Assembly: GCA_039798785.1 (NCBI GenBank) | Contig: JBDKFG010000018.1 | Coordinates: forward strand, 1-64,000 | Length of the DNA stretch: 64,000 bases | Reading direction: 5' to 3' | DNA from: Verrucomicrobiota bacterium | GTDB lineage: Bacteria > Verrucomicrobiota > Lentisphaeria > Lentisphaerales > Lentisphaeraceae | In this document: positions 9,775 to 20,324 of the stretch, piece by piece | Numbering within the stretch: position 1 is the first letter of the stretch | Layout: every line of letters begins with the position of its first letter | Made by a program: the position numbers and the translations under genes | Notes under the pieces: model-generated | Database searches by the model: none | Seen by the model: only the letters and a program-made list of their open reading frames with translations | What the model was told of the DNA's origin: nothing

Positions 9775-12762
9775 ATGCCCAATGCCAAGAAGACCTCAGC
9801 CGAGGTCGATTCCGAGACCAAGGCCAAAACTGCCAAAGCCAAAACTGAAGCAGTCCTGCCGGCGAAAGCCGAAGATAAAAACTCCAAGCCTGCTCCCGCT
9901 CGCGAGAAGACCTCGGTGAAGACTGAAGCCGCCAAGGCGCCCAAGGCTGAGGCTGCCAAGCCCGCCGCCGCCAAGACCGATGCGCACAAGGCCGCGGCCA
10001 AGCCTGCCGCCGCCAAGACCGACGCCCACAAGGCCGTGGCCAAGCCCGAGGCAGTCAAGCCCGCCGCCAAGACCGACGCGCACAAAACCCCGGCCAAGCC
10101 CGCCGCCGCCAAGACCGACGCCCACAAGGGCAGCCCGAAGGCTGAGGCCCACCCTCGTGAAAAGTCGAAGGCGCCCGTCACCGAGGCAGCAGCCGCCTCT
10201 TTAGCTTCGGCTCCTGCGCCGGCAATCGCCCCGGAACCCCCGGCTCCCGCCCCCGCTCCTTCACGCGGTGCCGCCCCCACCGCAGCCAGCCTGGCGAATC
10301 AATTGAAGGTCAAGCTGGGCAGCGTCCTCAACTACCTTGACAGCATCGGCTTCGCCGGCGTCGACGGTGATACCGAGCTCGACCACGATGTCGGCGACAT
10401 GGTTCGCGATGCCGAAGCCGAACTGAGGAACTACGTAGAGCCCGAGCCGGTCAAGGTTATCGAGCCTGTGAAGGCGGCACCCGCCCCCGCCCCCGAGCCG
10501 GTCAAGGTTGTCGAACCTGTTGTGAAAGCAGCTCCTTCGCCTGCTCCCGAGCCGCTCAAGAAAGTCGAGATCGCAGCTCCTGCTCCTGCGCCGTCGCCCG
10601 CCAGCTCCTCGCTGGTTTCTCGCGGCCCGGATCCGAAGGCCGCCGCCGCTCCTGCGCCGTCGCCCGCCAGCTCCTCGCTGGTTTCTCGCGGCCCGGATCC
10701 GAAGGCCGCAGCTCCTTCCGCCGCCAGCTCGTCGCTGATCTCTCGCGGCCCCGACCCCCGCGCCAGCTCTTCCCTGGTCTCCCGGGGTCCCGCTCCGGCA
10801 GAGAGCGCACGCCGTCCTTCGCAGCAGGGACAGCAGCAGCCTCAGCAGCAGCGCCATGGACAGATCCAGGCTCAGCCCGCCCGTCCGAGCGCGCCTCAGC
10901 AGCGTGCTCCCGTGCCTCAGCCCCAGGCGCCCCGCCCGGTGGTGGTCAGCACCGGCCCTGAAGTCCATCTCAAGCCTCCCTACATCGTGCGCTACCTCGC
11001 CGAAGCCCTCGGCATGAAGCCCAACGACCTGATCAGCGACTTGATGAAGACGATGAAAGTCTTCGTCTCGATCACCCAGGCGCTGGATCAGGCCAAGGTC
11101 GAAGCCTATCTCGCTCTCAAGGGCAAGAAACTGATCGCCGACAAGCGCGAATCTCCTTCCTCCAAGAAGGAGGCCGCCGAAGCCGAGCCGGTCATCCCGC
11201 CCGAAGAGGTCAAGCATCCCGAAAAACCCGAGGACCGAGTTCCCCGTGCCCCTATCGTCGCCGTCATGGGCCACGTCGACCACGGCAAGACCACGCTTCT
11301 TGACGCCCTCCGCAAGACCACGGTCGCCTCGGGTGAATCCGGTGGCATCACCCAGCACACCGGCGCCTCGGTGGTGAAGCGCAAGGTGCACGGCACCGAT
11401 TACCAGGTGACCTTCATTGACACCCCTGGTCATGCAGCCTTCTCCAACATGCGCAAGCGCGGCGCCACCACCACCGACGTCTGCGTCCTGATCGTCGCCG
11501 CCGATGACGGCGTCAACGCCCAGACCAAAGAGGCTCTCAAGATCATCCAAGAGGCGAAGACCCCCTTCGTCGTCTGCATCACCAAGATGGACCTCGGCAG
11601 CGCCAACCCCGACCGCTGCATGCAGCAGCTCCAGTCCCTCGGCCTTCTCACCGAGGAGTGGGGCGGTGATATCGGTTGCGCCAAGGTCTCGGCTCGCACC
11701 GGCCTCGGCCTCGACGACTTGATCGAGCGCATCTGCCTCGAAGCCGAAGTCCAGGAAGTCAAGGGTAATCCCAAGATCCCAGGCAAGGGTATCGTCCTCG
11801 AAGCCGAGCTCGAGCCCGGTCAAGGACCGACCGCCAACATCATCGTTCGCGACGGCACCATCCGCCCAGGTGACTTCGTCATCTGCGGCGAGACTTCCGG
11901 CAAGGTCAAGGCCCTGGTCGATGCCAACGGCACCCGCATCAAGGAGGCCGGTCCCTCCATTCCCTGCAAGCTTCTCGGTCTCGACGGCGTCCCCGACGTC
12001 GGCGCCACCCTGGTGGTGATCAAGGATGAGAAGGAAGCCAAGCGCATCGCCGAGGAACGCCGCGAAGCAGCCCGCCAGGAAAAACTCGCCCGCGGCACCA
12101 ACCGCGTCGCCAGCATGGCCGACCTGATGAACCAGGTCGAGGAGAACGCCAAGAAGACCATGCGGGTCTTGATCAAGACCGACGTCCGCGGCACCGGCGA
12201 GGCCATCGCCTCGGAACTCGAGAAGATTCCGACCGACAAGGTCAACCTCGAGATCATCGGCAACTCGGTCGGCTCGATCTCGGAATCGGACGTCCAGCTC
12301 GCCGGTGGCGCCGGTGCTACCATCCTCGGCTTCCACGTCCGCGTCAACCCCGGCGTCAACAAGGCCGCAGCTGCCGCCAAGATCGAAGTCAAGCTCTACT
12401 CCATCATCTACGAGCTTCTTGACGATGTCCGTGCCCAGATGACCGGCCTGCTCACCAAGCTGCGCAAGGAAGTTCCCATCGGCAAAGCCGAGATCATGCA
12501 GGTCTTCTTTGTCAAGGCCGGCAAGATCTGCGGCTCCGTCGTCCGCCAAGGCAAGATCAAGACCAACGCGCAGGCTCGCGTCATCCGCAATCGCGAAGTG
12601 ATCTTCAACGGCGCGGTGAAGAACCTCAAACGCTTCAAGGACGACGTCAAGGAAGTCCCCAACGGCGTCGAATGCGGCCTCCTCCTCAACAACTTCAACG
12701 ACTTCGAAGTCGGTGACATCATCGAAGTCTACGAGTACGAAGAGATCGCCCAGTCGCTCTGA
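9775..12762 (+). CDS. infB: Translation initiation factor IF-2 with long low-complexity N-terminus
   Basis: [43 protein letters not shown]; follows nusA. Confidence 0.97.
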   Translation: MPNAKKTSAEVDSETKAKTAKAKTEAVLPAKAEDKNSKPAPAREKTSVKTEAAKAPKAEAAKPAAAKTDAHKAAAKPAAAKTDAHKAVAKPEAVKPAAKTDAHKTPAKPAAAKTDAHKGSPKAEAHPREKSKAPVTEAAAASLASAPAPAIAPEPPAPAPAPSRGAAPTAASLANQLKVKLGSVLNYLDSIGFAGVDGDTELDHDVGDMVRDAEAELRNYVEPEPVKVIEPVKAAPAPAPEPVKVVEPVVKAAPSPAPEPLKKVEIAAPAPAPSPASSSLVSRGPDPKAAAAPAPSPASSSLVSRGPDPKAAAPSAASSSLISRGPDPRASSSLVSRGPAPAESARRPSQQGQQQPQQQRHGQIQAQPARPSAPQQRAPVPQPQAPRPVVVSTGPEVHLKPPYIVRYLAEALGMKPNDLISDLMKTMKVFVSITQALDQAKVEAYLALKGKKLIADKRESPSSKKEAAEAEPVIPPEEVKHPEKPEDRVPRAPIVAVMGHVDHGKTTLLDALRKTTVASGESGGITQHTGASVVKRKVHGTDYQVTFIDTPGHAAFSNMRKRGATTTDVCVLIVAADDGVNAQTKEALKIIQEAKTPFVVCITKMDLGSANPDRCMQQLQSLGLLTEEWGGDIGCAKVSARTGLGLDDLIERICLEAEVQEVKGNPKIPGKGIVLEAELEPGQGPTANIIVRDGTIRPGDFVICGETSGKVKALVDANGTRIKEAGPSIPCKLLGLDGVPDVGATLVVIKDEKEAKRIAEERREAARQEKLARGTNRVASMADLMNQVEENAKKTMRVLIKTDVRGTGEAIASELEKIPTDKVNLEIIGNSVGSISESDVQLAGGAGATILGFHVRVNPGVNKAAAAAKIEVKLYSIIYELLDDVRAQMTGLLTKLRKEVPIGKAEIMQVFFVKAGKICGSVVRQGKIKTNAQARVIRNREVIFNGAVKNLKRFKDDVKEVPNGVECGLLLNNFNDFEVGDIIEVYEYEEIAQSL
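9945..10130 (+). repeat. Lys/Ala-rich repeats in IF2 (KPAA(A)KTDAHK x4)
   Basis: aagcccgccgccgccaagaccgacgcccacaag and variants. Confidence 0.85.
10580..10792 (+). repeat. Ser/Pro-rich repeats in IF2 (ASSSL(V/I)SRGP x4)
   Basis: gccagctcctcgctggtttctcgcggcccg and variants. Confidence 0.85.
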
Positions 12763-12782
12763 GATCCGTCTCGGTTCAAGCC

Positions 12783-12815
12783 ACTCCCCTGATCCCCGGA
12801 TCAGGGGAGTTTTTT
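12783..12815 (+). terminator. Intrinsic terminator of nusA-infB
   Basis: ACTCCCCTGATCC-cc-GGATCAGGGGAGT followed by T run. Confidence 0.85.
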
Positions 12816-12966
12816 CGGGCTGGCTCGAACATCCCTGGTCGAGTTGTTAATCTCAAGCTGGAAGCTTGAGCCACGGAGCCGATGAAAAAAGGATCCAGAC
12901 GTGTAACCCAAACCCAAAAAGCCGACAGCTTTGTTCATTCCCCACTCATATCCCGGAGTCCTCCCC

Positions 12967-13782
12967 ATGTTGCGCCTTTCCCTGCTGATCCTTCTCCTGG
13001 CTTCTTCGCCGCTGCAGGCGCAATACCACTGGAAACCGAGCGCGACGGAAACGCTTGAGCAGCGCCTGCCCTTGCCCGCCGGGGCTTCGCGGAGCGTCGC
13101 CGCCAAGGGCTCCTACGCCGCCTGGCTGCGCGGACTGCCCCTCAAAGAAGCGGGAACCCAGGTGCTGCTCTTCAACGGGCAGAAAGCCCGCCGCCAGGAC
13201 GCCGCCGCGGCGATCGTCGACATCGATATTGGCTCGCGCGATCTGCAGCAATGCGCCGACGCGGTGATCCGCCTCCGCGCCGAATTCCTCTTCGCCAGCG
13301 GCCAGGCAGGCAAGGCCAGCTTCAAGTTCACCAACGGCTTTCCCTGCGACTGGAAACGCTGGAGCCAGGGGCTGCGCCCAGTCCTCAAAGGCAAGGACTT
13401 CGTCTGGAAGCCCCAAGGCCAGGCCGATGCCGGGCACGACAACTACCGCCGCTATCTCGACTTCGTCTTCGCCTACGCCGGCACCCAGTCGCTCGCCCGC
13501 GACCTCAAGACGGTCAAGGATCCGGCCAGCATCCGCGGTGGCGATGTCCTGGTCCAGGGCGGCAGCCCGGGGCACGCAGTCACTGTCATCGATGTCGCCC
13601 GTGGGGCTGACGGCAAGCCGATCTTTCTCCTTGCTCAATCCTACATGCCGGCGCAAAGCCTGCATATCCTGAAGAATCTGGCTGAACCAACCCTTGGTGC
13701 CTGGTTCCGTTTCGCTCCCGACGGCTCATTGAAAACGCCCGATTGGGACTTCGCCGCCGCCGATCTCAAGCGCTTCGAGTGA
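12967..13782 (+). CDS. DUF4846-like exported protein
   Basis: Signal peptide; WLRGLPLK, DLQQCADAVIRLRAE, YAGTQSL, GSPGHAV, LAQSYMPAQ. Confidence 0.8.
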   Translation: MLRLSLLILLLASSPLQAQYHWKPSATETLEQRLPLPAGASRSVAAKGSYAAWLRGLPLKEAGTQVLLFNGQKARRQDAAAAIVDIDIGSRDLQQCADAVIRLRAEFLFASGQAGKASFKFTNGFPCDWKRWSQGLRPVLKGKDFVWKPQGQADAGHDNYRRYLDFVFAYAGTQSLARDLKTVKDPASIRGGDVLVQGGSPGHAVTVIDVARGADGKPIFLLAQSYMPAQSLHILKNLAEPTLGAWFRFAPDGSLKTPDWDFAAADLKRFE

Positions 13783-13792
13783 GACCTCGTCT

Positions 13793-14680
13793 TCAGCCGC
13801 GCTTCACCGCCCGGATGAGGAAGTAGCCGAGCTTACGCCGCTGCAGGCCGAGTGGGACCGAGAGGAGGCAGGCCTGCAGATGAGCCCAACGAACCGGCGA
13901 GGACTCTCCGTGGGTCAGAAGCTCGCAAGCGCGACGGCAGACCAGGAAGGGGGCGTGAAGAAGTGAAGGGATGACCTTTTGAGTCAAGTCGGTTACTTCG
14001 ATGTCGGTGAAGCGCGATCGATCCAACTGCCCCAGCACCGCGTCGATTGCAGTGAACTCCGGTACGCACCATGCCGCGCACCACGGAGCCAGCAGGCGCT
14101 GCAGCAAGGGCGTTCCGCGCTGTCCCGAACGCAGCATCGCTTCCGCGATCACCAGCCGTCCGCCTGGACGCAGTAGCCTCGCCGCCTCGGCGATCACCCC
14201 GCCCTTGCCGGCGCCATCGTCATGACAGAAGCTCTCCAGACCGTAGGCCGCATCGTAATAATCCGGATGCAATCCGGTGCGCCGGTAATCCGCAAGATGG
14301 TAGCGGAGATGGCTGTCGTCGCCGCTGCGCAGCCTGGCCGTCTCCAGCTGCTCCGGGACGCAGCTCACCCCGGTGAGACGCAGACGCGCATCGCGACGCC
14401 GGAGATTCCGGAGGGTGGCGCCGACCCCGCAGCCGAGATCGACGATCCGTTGCGGCGGAGATGGAGATTGCAGGCCAAGCTCGTCTCCCAGGCGATGGTT
14501 CATCGCCTCGAGCATTGCGGCGCGGTCCCAGCAGTGAATCCCCTCGGCCAATAGACCGAAATGCATGTTCCCTTCCGGGCTCCAGAGCGAATAGTCGAGC
14601 GCAGCCTCGCGGTAGTGCCGCTTCAGCTCTTCGATCCGTTCCGCCGCCGCCGGAGCCATCCCGTCCATCAAGGCATCCAT
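13793..14680 (-). CDS. Class I SAM-dependent methyltransferase (sterol/tocopherol C-methyltransferase-like)
   Basis: NMHFG, VDLGCGVG, LESFCH, RLLRPGGRL. Confidence 0.8.
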   Translation of the reverse strand: MDALMDGMAPAAAERIEELKRHYREAALDYSLWSPEGNMHFGLLAEGIHCWDRAAMLEAMNHRLGDELGLQSPSPPQRIVDLGCGVGATLRNLRRRDARLRLTGVSCVPEQLETARLRSGDDSHLRYHLADYRRTGLHPDYYDAAYGLESFCHDDGAGKGGVIAEAARLLRPGGRLVIAEAMLRSGQRGTPLLQRLLAPWCAAWCVPEFTAIDAVLGQLDRSRFTDIEVTDLTQKVIPSLLHAPFLVCRRACELLTHGESSPVRWAHLQACLLSVPLGLQRRKLGYFLIRAVKRG

Positions 14681-14697
14681 ACAACATCTCCATTAAT

Positions 14698-14713
14698 GAC
14701 TGATTTTTCAGTC
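14698..14713. promoter_or_regulatory. Palindromic operator candidate
   Basis: GACTGA-tttt-TCAGTC in the AT-rich promoter region of the methyltransferase. Confidence 0.35.
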
Positions 14714-14763
14714 TGTACAGAAATTATACAATTGATAATTTTTCTGTCAAGGTGGGGTCGGGA

Positions 14764-15363
14764 TCAGGATTCGGCGTCGAGGTCGGCCCAGGCCAGAAGC
14801 TGGCGGCTCCAATCATCGAGGCGCTGCCACTGCTCGTCGTTCAACCTGGGCAGAGGGTGGTTTTCGTCGGCGCAGGCGAGAAGAAGATTTTCGAGCAGGC
14901 TGATCTGGTGCGGCGAGAGGCCCTCGGAGGGCATGGCGCCATGAGTGGCAAGATGGGCGATGTGCATCAGGGTGCGGGCGGCGGAGGGATGGCCTCCGGT
15001 TTCGATCCAGTCTAGAGCGCGGAGGCAGGCGCTGAAGTGCAGGGGGGCGGGATCGTTTTCCTGGCAATGGCCGAGGGTGAAGCGGGCGACGGCGGTGGCT
15101 GCTTGCAGGCGATCGAAGCTGGCGCCGATGTCGCGGAAGCGGCGCAGCGCCAGCACGGACTTGACCTGCATGAAGCTAGGTCGTTTCGGGTGCGGCAGGA
15201 GTTCGAGGTGGACGAGAGTGAACAGGTCGACGCCGGCGAGTTCGCGGCCGGGAAGGGTGAGAACGAGTCGGCCACGCGTTGGCGACAGGCCGAAGACCAG
15301 CAGGCCGTTTTCGCCGCGGCGCTCTCTCTGCAGGATCAGCAGTTCCGTCTCTCCGGCTAGCAT
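14764..15363 (-). CDS. recO: DNA repair protein RecO (divergent)
   Basis: N-terminal OB-like segment (ILQRERRGENGLLVFGLSPTRGRL...DLF) then helical region; typical size. Confidence 0.6.
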   Translation of the reverse strand: MLAGETELLILQRERRGENGLLVFGLSPTRGRLVLTLPGRELAGVDLFTLVHLELLPHPKRPSFMQVKSVLALRRFRDIGASFDRLQAATAVARFTLGHCQENDPAPLHFSACLRALDWIETGGHPSAARTLMHIAHLATHGAMPSEGLSPHQISLLENLLLACADENHPLPRLNDEQWQRLDDWSRQLLAWADLDAES

Positions 15364-15466
15364 GAGAAAAAAGGCTCCTAGAAAACCATGAAAAGGGCCG
15401 GCAGGATGTGATCGAACCCAGTAGGGGGTGAGGCCGCCTAGCGACATACACTGATCCGGAAATGAC

Positions 15467-15492
15467 AGAGAGCCACCCGCAGGTGGCTCTCT
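15467..15492. terminator. Strong hairpin downstream of the EF-hand gene
   Basis: AGAGAGCCACC-cgca-GGTGGCTCTCT. Confidence 0.65.
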
Positions 15493-15511
15493 TCGTCAGG
15501 TAAGAACCGGA

Positions 15512-16030
15512 TTATTCGCCTTTCTTCTCTTCGGGCTTGGCTTCGGGGCGGCCCTTGCCTTCGCCGCGGCCTTCGGGGCGGCCCTTGCCTTCGCCGCGGC
15601 CTTCGGGGCGGCCCTTGCCTTCGCCGCGGCCCTTGTGCTTGGCTTCCATCTCCTTGCGGGCGGCCTCGGCGGCGGCGTTCTCTTCGTCGCTGAGCTTGCC
15701 GTCGCCATCCTTGTCGAAGTGCTTGATCTTCATCGCTTCACGCATCGCCTTGCGCTCTTCGTCGCTGAGCTTGCCATCGCCGTCCTTGTCGAACTCCTTG
15801 AGCATTTCTTCGCGCTTCTTGTTCATCTCGGCCTTGGCGGCGGCCTTTTCCTCTTCATTGAGCTTGCCGTCGCCGTCCTTGTCGTGCTTCTTGAGCATTT
15901 CCTCGCGCAGGCCTTCGTGGCCGGGGCCGCCGGGGCCGGGGCGCTTTTCGGGCTTGTCGGCGGGTTCTTCGGCGACAAGGTTGAAGGCAAGGCAGAACGA
16001 GAAGGCGGCGGCGAGAGAGAGGATTTTCAT
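15512..16030 (-). CDS. Exported EF-hand calcium-binding protein
   Basis: Signal peptide and three DKDGDGKL(N/S)(E/D)EE loops. Confidence 0.85.
   Translation of the reverse strand: MKILSLAAAFSFCLAFNLVAEEPADKPEKRPGPGGPGHEGLREEMLKKHDKDGDGKLNEEEKAAAKAEMNKKREEMLKEFDKDGDGKLSDEERKAMREAMKIKHFDKDGDGKLSDEENAAAEAARKEMEAKHKGRGEGKGRPEGRGEGKGRPEGRGEGKGRPEAKPEEKKGE
15541..15630 (-). repeat. Perfect 30-bp tandem repeat x3 (GRGEGKGRPE)
   Basis: cttcggggcggcccttgccttcgccgcggc three times. Confidence 0.95.
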
Positions 16031-16109
16031 GGTGGGCTCCAGTTGTTTTTGGATTGGTGGACCATCAGTCCGCCCTCATCAACGCGCTGTTAATCGTCTT
16101 TATTGTGTC

Positions 16110-17295
16110 TCATGTCTCGAATCGGACGAAGGCCGCGGAGACGAGATCGTGGAAGGCCGGCGGAACCTTGCCGACGACTTCTTCCATGAAGCCGTGAATG
16201 AGCATGCGGCGGGCGGTTTCCGCCGGGATGCCGCGGCTGCGCAGATAAAACATTTGTTCGGCGTCGAGCTGGCCGATGGCAGCTCCGTGGGCGGCCTTGA
16301 CATCATCGGCGAGGACGTCGAGTTCCGGCTTGGTGTCGACCCGGGCGGTGGGGGAGAGAAGGAGCGAGCGGCTGAGCTGCGACGAGTCGGATTTCTGGGC
16401 GCCTTTGGCGATGCGGATCAAGCCTTCGAAGACACCGCGCGAGCGATCGTCGAGGATGCCTTTGACCAGCTGCCTGGAGCTGCAGTGCGCAGCGACGTGC
16501 GAGAGGGCGGTGTGAAAATCGGCGAGCTGGCGTCCGTGCACGGCGTAGAGTCCGTCCAGCTCGGCGTTGCCGCCTTCCCCCAGGAGCACGGCGTTAAGGT
16601 CGAGGCGGGAGAGGCGGGCGCCGGCGCTGAAGGCGAGCGAGCGGCAGCTGGCGGCGGCGGCGATGTCGGTGCGGCAGCTGCCGATGTGCCAGGCCTCCTC
16701 CGATTCGTTTTGGAGACGCACGTGGGTGAGGGAGGCTCCTTCTGCCAGTTCGATGCTGGTGAGCGGCGCGCTCAGGCTGGCGAAGCCGGCGGGGGAGAAG
16801 TGCGATTCCATCACTTCCAGCGAGGCGTCGCGGCCCAGCTTGAGGTGGATGCGGGGGAGGGCCACCGGCAGCAGCTCGTCGGCGCCGGCGTCAAGGCTCA
16901 GGTTGAGCAGGTGGAGCGGCTTGCCGGAGTTCCATTTCTTGGGGAATTCGAGGACCAGCGGCGAACTGGCCGCCGCCTGGTTGAGCTGGGCGAAGAAGCC
17001 GCCTTCGACCAGGGCGGGCGCGGCGCTGGCGGCGATGCAGGCGAGCAGCTCCGGCGAGGCGCGGCAGAGCTTGGGACGGAGCTGGCCGTTGACCAGGACC
17101 AGCTCGTCGCAGGCTTCCAGCGACCAGGGGCCGAGATCCGGCAACTGGGCCGGGGCCGCGGCGAGGCGGAAGCCCTTTTGGCTGGACAGGCTTTCGAGCG
17201 AGGTGACCCGCCAGGCCTCCTGGCTGCGATGGGGGAAGCCGAGCTCGCGGGCGCGCTGCAGCGCGGCGCCGGGGCGGCCGAGGGCGATCAGCGAC

Positions 17296-17315
<20 letters not shown>
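16110..17315 (-). CDS. sufD: Fe-S cluster assembly protein SufD
   Basis: FP...EAWR, KGILDDRSRGVFEG, KPELDVLADDVKAAHGAAIGQLD...FYLRSRGI; start overlaps the sufC end. Confidence 0.9.
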
Positions 17316-18048
<733 letters not shown>

Positions 18049-18213
18049 GAGTTCTTAATCCTGTTGAATTCGGCCCCCAAGTTTACGGCGCCCGGGCGGC
18101 ACCGCAAGGGTAGACACGGAGAATTCTTGGCGATGGTGCGTCTCTTCTCTCCAGCGTCTTCTCGCCGCCAGCGGCTATATTCGCGGCGTCCGCAATCCAT
18201 CCAGGAGTCGAGC

Positions 18214-19275
18214 ATGATCCGTATTCTTGCCTTGCCCTTGCTTCTTCTCGGCTTTCAAGCCGCTCCCGAGCCTCCCGCTCCGGCCCCGGCCGCGAGCGAA
18301 GCCCTGGTCGCCCTGCGCGGTCCAAAGACCCTGGTCGTCTACGGCAGCAAGGCCAGCCCGGAGGAGCAGCAGCTCGCCGCCCTGATAGCGGAACCCTTGG
18401 TCAGCGTCGACTTGCCTCTCGACGATGTCCTCAAGGATGACGAGTACTACAAGCGCTTCTCCGGCTTCTACGCCGACTACACACTGATCGTCGTCGGCAG
18501 CGCCGCCAGCAACTCCTTGATCGCTCAGGACGCCGTGTCGCCTCTGCCGGAGCGCCGTTTCACCCGCGAAGGATTCTTCCCGGCGGCCCAGGAGCTGGGT
18601 ACGATCGACTGCACCGGCAACAAGCCGGCCCTGCACCTGCACAATCTTTCCGGCGGCGCCATCCAGGTCCCGGCGATGATCACCATCAAGGGCAGCCGAC
18701 CTGCCGAGATCAAGGCCGCGGCGGCGGCCTTCCTGGCGGGATGCCGCCAAGGCAGCTTCCCGGTCGCAGCCTGGCCGCAGGGCGACGCTTTCCTGCCCCG
18801 GGCGGGCGAGATCTTCCTGGCTGCACCCGAGGATCTCCACCCTCGCCAGCTGCGGCTGCGCGATGGCGAGGCGGAGCTATTCTCTTCCGGGTGGGGGCAG
18901 GTTTCCCTGTCGCAGCTGCAGGAGCTGCGGCGCTGTTTCGGTCCTGGCTTCCAGTCCTGCACGCTGCTTTTTGATGCCCCCGCCTCGGGCCATCGCCCCC
19001 GTCTTCTCGGCTGGGAGGACCTGCTGGTCTCGCTCCGCTTCGCCGATCCCCAGGCCGCAGATGCCGCTCTCGCCCGATGGAACTCCGCCGCTGGTCTGGG
19101 CTTGAAACTCGAGGCGCCAGGGCCCGGACTGCGCAGCTACAGGATCTCCCTGCCTCACGGCGATGCTTTGACCCTCGTCCGCCATGGCTCCTGGCTCGTC
19201 GTCGCCCGCCTTCCGTCCAGCCTCGCCGAATCCTTCCTGTCCCAGGCTCAGGACCTCTTTGTCAAGAAGCCCTGA
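18214..19275 (+). CDS. Exported hypothetical protein
   Basis: Signal peptide MIRILALPLLLLGFQA; closely spaced with xerC. Confidence 0.65.
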   Translation: MIRILALPLLLLGFQAAPEPPAPAPAASEALVALRGPKTLVVYGSKASPEEQQLAALIAEPLVSVDLPLDDVLKDDEYYKRFSGFYADYTLIVVGSAASNSLIAQDAVSPLPERRFTREGFFPAAQELGTIDCTGNKPALHLHNLSGGAIQVPAMITIKGSRPAEIKAAAAAFLAGCRQGSFPVAAWPQGDAFLPRAGEIFLAAPEDLHPRQLRLRDGEAELFSSGWGQVSLSQLQELRRCFGPGFQSCTLLFDAPASGHRPRLLGWEDLLVSLRFADPQAADAALARWNSAAGLGLKLEAPGPGLRSYRISLPHGDALTLVRHGSWLVVARLPSSLAESFLSQAQDLFVKKP

Positions 19276-19283
19276 GACTGGTC

Positions 19284-20291
19284 ATGGCTAAGCTCGCCCC
19301 CCTAAAGCCGGCTGCGTCTCCGCGACCCCGGCCAGCTGCCAAGGATTCAGCTGCCCGGCATGATCAGGATCTCGCCGGCTTTCTTCGCTACCTCAAGGCG
19401 GAAAGACAGGCCTCGCGCCACACCCTCGATGCTTACCGTCGCGACATCCGGCGCTTCTGCCTGGAACACTTCCGGCGAGATCCCCTGCTCCAGGAAATCT
19501 CCTGGACTTCACTGACCGTGACCAAGGCCCGCCTCTTTGCCGCCTCCCTGCAGAAGGCGGAAATGGCGGAGGCCAGCATCCTCCGCCACATGTCCTCCCT
19601 CCGCTCCTTCTGCGACTTCCTCGTCCGCGAAGGACGTCTCGCCGACAATCCTTTTTCCCAACTGCGCGGCGCCCGCCGTCAACGCCGGCTCCCCAAGGTG
19701 ATCGCCCGCGAAGACATCGCCCGCCTCCTGGATGCCCCCAAGCTTCATTGGGACCGCCAGACCGCCGAGGGCGGGGAGGGGAGGCGGATCGAGGGCGATT
19801 TCGCCGCCCGTCGCGACCTCGCCTGGCTGGAAGTGGTGTACAGCGGCGGCCTCCGGATCTCCGAGGCGCTCGGTCTCGACCTCGCCGATATCAATCTTGA
19901 CGCAGGATTGATGAAGGTGCGCGGCAAGGGCCGCAAGGAGCGGATGTGCCATCTCGGACGCCCCGCCGTCGCCGCCCTGCGCGACTGGCTGCAATGCCGC
20001 GGTTCCGCTGCCGGCCCGCTCTTCTGGGGACGCGCCAGCGGCGAACGCCTCACCCCGCGCTCGGCCCAGATCAACTTCAAGAAATACCTGCTCGTCGCCA
20101 ATCTGCCGCAAGACCTGACGCCGCACAAACTCCGCCACTCCTTCGCCACCCACCTCCTCGAAGCCGGCGCCGATCTCCGCGCCGTCCAGGAACTCCTCGG
20201 TCACGCCTCCCTCAGCACCACCCAGATCTACACCCACATCACCCCCGAACGCCTGCAAGAGGTCTATTCCCAGGCCCACCCGCACGCGTGA
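19284..20291 (+). CDS. xerC: Tyrosine recombinase XerC/XerD type
   Basis: SRHTLDAYRRD, GLRISE, GKGRKER, TPHKLRHSFATH, VQELLGHASLSTTQIYTH. Confidence 0.85.
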   Translation: MAKLAPLKPAASPRPRPAAKDSAARHDQDLAGFLRYLKAERQASRHTLDAYRRDIRRFCLEHFRRDPLLQEISWTSLTVTKARLFAASLQKAEMAEASILRHMSSLRSFCDFLVREGRLADNPFSQLRGARRQRRLPKVIAREDIARLLDAPKLHWDRQTAEGGEGRRIEGDFAARRDLAWLEVVYSGGLRISEALGLDLADINLDAGLMKVRGKGRKERMCHLGRPAVAALRDWLQCRGSAAGPLFWGRASGERLTPRSAQINFKKYLLVANLPQDLTPHKLRHSFATHLLEAGADLRAVQELLGHASLSTTQIYTHITPERLQEVYSQAHPHA

Positions 20292-20324
20292 AGTGATATA
20301 ACCTCGAATTCCAGCAGGCACCCC

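Noticed and set aside
10261..12549. Long antisense ORFs (also 5821-6975, 8234-9760, 22358-24442, 25898-27556, 27733-29268)
   Set aside because: They shadow well-supported genes on the opposite strand; expected from high GC3 codon bias; no recognisable motifs
15395..15440. tRNA fragment or preQ1 riboswitch suggested by GGGTTCGA
   Set aside because: No T-stem pairing or cloverleaf and no A-rich preQ1 tail
15541..15630. 30-bp perfect repeats as CRISPR
   Set aside because: No spacers; in-frame coding repeat
19284..20291. Phage or integron integrase
   Set aside because: Sequence is XerC/D-like throughout, no IntI-specific insertion seen, no phage genes nearby
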